A DNA stretch of 63,785 nucleotides, counting the filler, from Octopus bimaculoides (Eukaryota): the NCBI RefSeq assembly GCF_001194135.2. It is 5 parts of 5 records of this genome, joined end to end, with 100 filler letters (N's around TTAATTAATTAA, not from the genome) between each part and the next. Parts side by side here need not be neighbours in the genome. Positions count along the whole stretch, not along the records: positions 51,794 to 62,420 come from NC_068981.1; positions 62,521 to 63,785 come from NW_026364757.1; 3 more parts are not named here. One strand, 5' to 3'. Within the stretch, counting starts at the first letter, position 1. Every line of letters starts with the position of its first letter. Below are positions 61,745 to 63,785 of the stretch, piece after piece. The position numbers and the translations under genes are program-made. The notes under the pieces were generated by a model that was not told the DNA's origin, did no database searches, and worked only from the letters and a program-made list of their open reading frames with translations.

Positions 61745-62075
61745 CACGATCATCTCAAACAGCTTCTCATTCTATACAGTATCCCTCCTGATGGGTTGGA
61801 GCCCCTGGCTGTTAATCAGAAGATATGGAGGCCCATGTGTGATGCTGGAGTGAAGCACTTTGAATCCAAATGCAGGAGACTGTATGAAGAAAGGAGATGA
61901 CCTCATCATCAGCCCTATGTGGCTATTGTTCTCGGTTCCCTTCAGTGCTATTATGACCTTCCTATATTGTATTGGTCTTCTTTGTCACTGTCCATTCTCA
62001 TAAGCAAGGAGGGATGGAGGAATGTCTCGGAATAAAACTGTCATCACCTTTTATGGGCTGTCATAAGCAGGAAGC
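61745..62075 (+). mobile_element. RTE LINE C-terminal/3' fragment
   Basis: DHLKQLL..YSIPPDGLEPLAVNQKIWRPMCDAGVKHFE..RRLYEERR, followed by a Cys-motif remnant. Confidence 0.6.
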
Positions 62076-62420
62076 AAGCATGTTATACAACATTATTATA
62101 TTATATACTAATATCATATATTATATTTCATAAGAGCATTTTATTTAATAACATTATTATATCATATAACAGGATTATATAATGTTGTATTGTGCTAGCA
62201 GAGATACCCGGCATTGCTTGGGATTAAAGTGGCATGGTTTTTTATTGTTTTACTTGTTTCAGTCATGCAACTGTGGCAATGCTGGAGCAAAGCTTTTAGT
62301 CGAAGAAATTGACCCCAGGATTAATTTTTTGTAAGCCTGGTACCTATTTCTAGTGGTGGATATATATATATGTGTGTGTGTAAAAATATATATATAGATA
62401 TATATATATATATATATATA

Positions 62421-62520
62421 NNNNNNNNNNNNNNNNNNNNNNNNNNNNNNNNNNNNNNNNNNNNTTAATTAATTAANNNNNNNNNNNNNNNNNNNNNNNN
62501 NNNNNNNNNNNNNNNNNNNN
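62421..62520. other. Scaffold-join spacer
   Basis: 44 N + TTAATTAATTAA (62465-62476) + 44 N. Confidence 0.92.
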
Positions 62521-63785
62521 ATATACATATACATATATTTATGTGTGTCTATGTATATATATGCGTGTGTGAGTGTATACGTGCGTGTATATACATGTGT
62601 GTGTACATAATACATAATACATATATACATGTATATACATTCGGGCAGATATATATTTCAATATACTGAGTTGATGTATAAACAACATAAAATACACTCA
62701 CAGTATTCACTATTAGCAAATCGTTAAACTCCAATAGATTATTAAAATGAAATAAATATTGATAGAATAAACTTGCCAGTATATACAGAATCGGCGAATT
62801 CAGAGCAATATATTTAGAACATTAAGATGCAGAAAAGCAAACAGTTTACATATAATCCATTATATAATTGTTCTCGACAGCTGTTTCAATAGAGTCGAAA
62901 TATCATTTACGTTATATTTTAATTAAATGTAATAGCTTATTCATTTCCTCAGCATAAATAGATGAACAAAACAACTATAATATAACCATGTAAGTAGCAT
63001 ACATAATAGATGAATTCCTTTGTGATGGGCTCTATATTTCGTCAGGGGCAAAAGTAAAATAAAATCGAATACAACGACGCTGATTATGAAAAACAAAGGG
63101 GACATTATCAGCGTCTGTGTGTAATACCCAAATATTGTTGGGTTTCACGTATAGAACATACTAAAAAAAAAAAGAATAAAAAGCAAGCTACGATTATCAA
63201 GATGAAGTTGAGTTTCTCATAGAAGATAAGCAAGATCTCCTGGTGGAGTCTGTCAGGATTGAAAAAGGGTCACAGATATCTGCCATGTTTAATTAAATTT
63301 AGATTGTCTAGGACTATTTTAACTTGTCCGACGTTAGGGTGACGGAAACAGAATCAAGATTGAAAGCAAACAAATTCCAGTCATGTTTGCGGTTGGGTGT
63401 GTCTGGTATTGGTCAGTTGGAGAGTCACTGGTGTTGAGGGTGCTGAAAATATAAACAAATATAAAGGCCTGCAAGATACACACACAAACAAATAACAAAG
63501 AGTCGATAAAATGACAGTGAGTCTTTGCATTTCTGCGTACGTGATCCAGAAATACGTGTGTGTAAATCTGTTTATATATACATTTGTTTGTTGCTTCTTC
63601 TGTATATATATATTTATACATCATCATCATCATCATCATCATCGTCTAGATGCCGTCCCTATATATATGTATTTAGCTTACTTCCCAACCATATGGTTCC
63701 GGGTTCAGTCCCTCTGCGTGGCACATTGGGCAAGCGTCTTCTACTATAACCTCGGGCCAACCAAAGCCTTGTGAGTGGATTTCGT

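Larger units (their letters stand above)
53570..62190. repeat. Dispersed blocks of an 18-bp satellite (consensus TTATATAACATTATTAYA) interleaved with TEs
   Basis: Blocks at ~53570-54006, 54558-54680, 57685-57812, 58330-58440, 59535-59825, 60708-61430, 61650-61745, 62075-62190. Confidence 0.88.

Overview
Eukaryotic, AT-rich, repeat-dense animal genomic DNA. The SINE, LINE and microsatellite repertoire points to a coleoid cephalopod, most likely Octopus (inference, no database search). The window is five assembly segments (1-5892, 5993-21773, 21874-51693, 51794-62420, 62521-63785) joined by 100-bp spacers of 44 N + TTAATTAATTAA + 44 N, so adjacency across those joins is not sequence-verified. 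The one gene I can reconstruct with confidence is an 8-exon minus-strand PPIL6 orthologue (radial-spoke cyclophilin, RSP12/RSPH12 type). Its CDS spans 48192 to 28979 (1254 nt, 417 aa), all introns are GT-AG and all phases are compatible. It has an RFX X-box plus a forkhead motif just upstream of the ATG. It also carries a ~100-aa acidic C-terminal tail built from 7-aa repeats that human PPIL6, as I recall it, lacks. Its introns and 3' flank hold several long fold-back structures, including a local inverted duplication bracketing exon 6 and a pre-miRNA-like hairpin. The rest is TE debris: RTE LINEs (one open fragment has a PHD-type finger inside the RT), CRE-like and R4/Dong-like RLE fragments, Penelope, maT/mariner, a Chapaev3-like transposase, MITEs, a Helitron-like element and at least five SINE-like families. 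An 18-bp quasi-palindromic satellite forms the ground sequence of segment 4. Most ORFs in the supplied track are microsatellite or N-gap artefacts. I see no clearly new multi-gene system; the best leads are the PPIL6 tail and the dsRNA-forming structures. TE and repeat boundaries are approximate.
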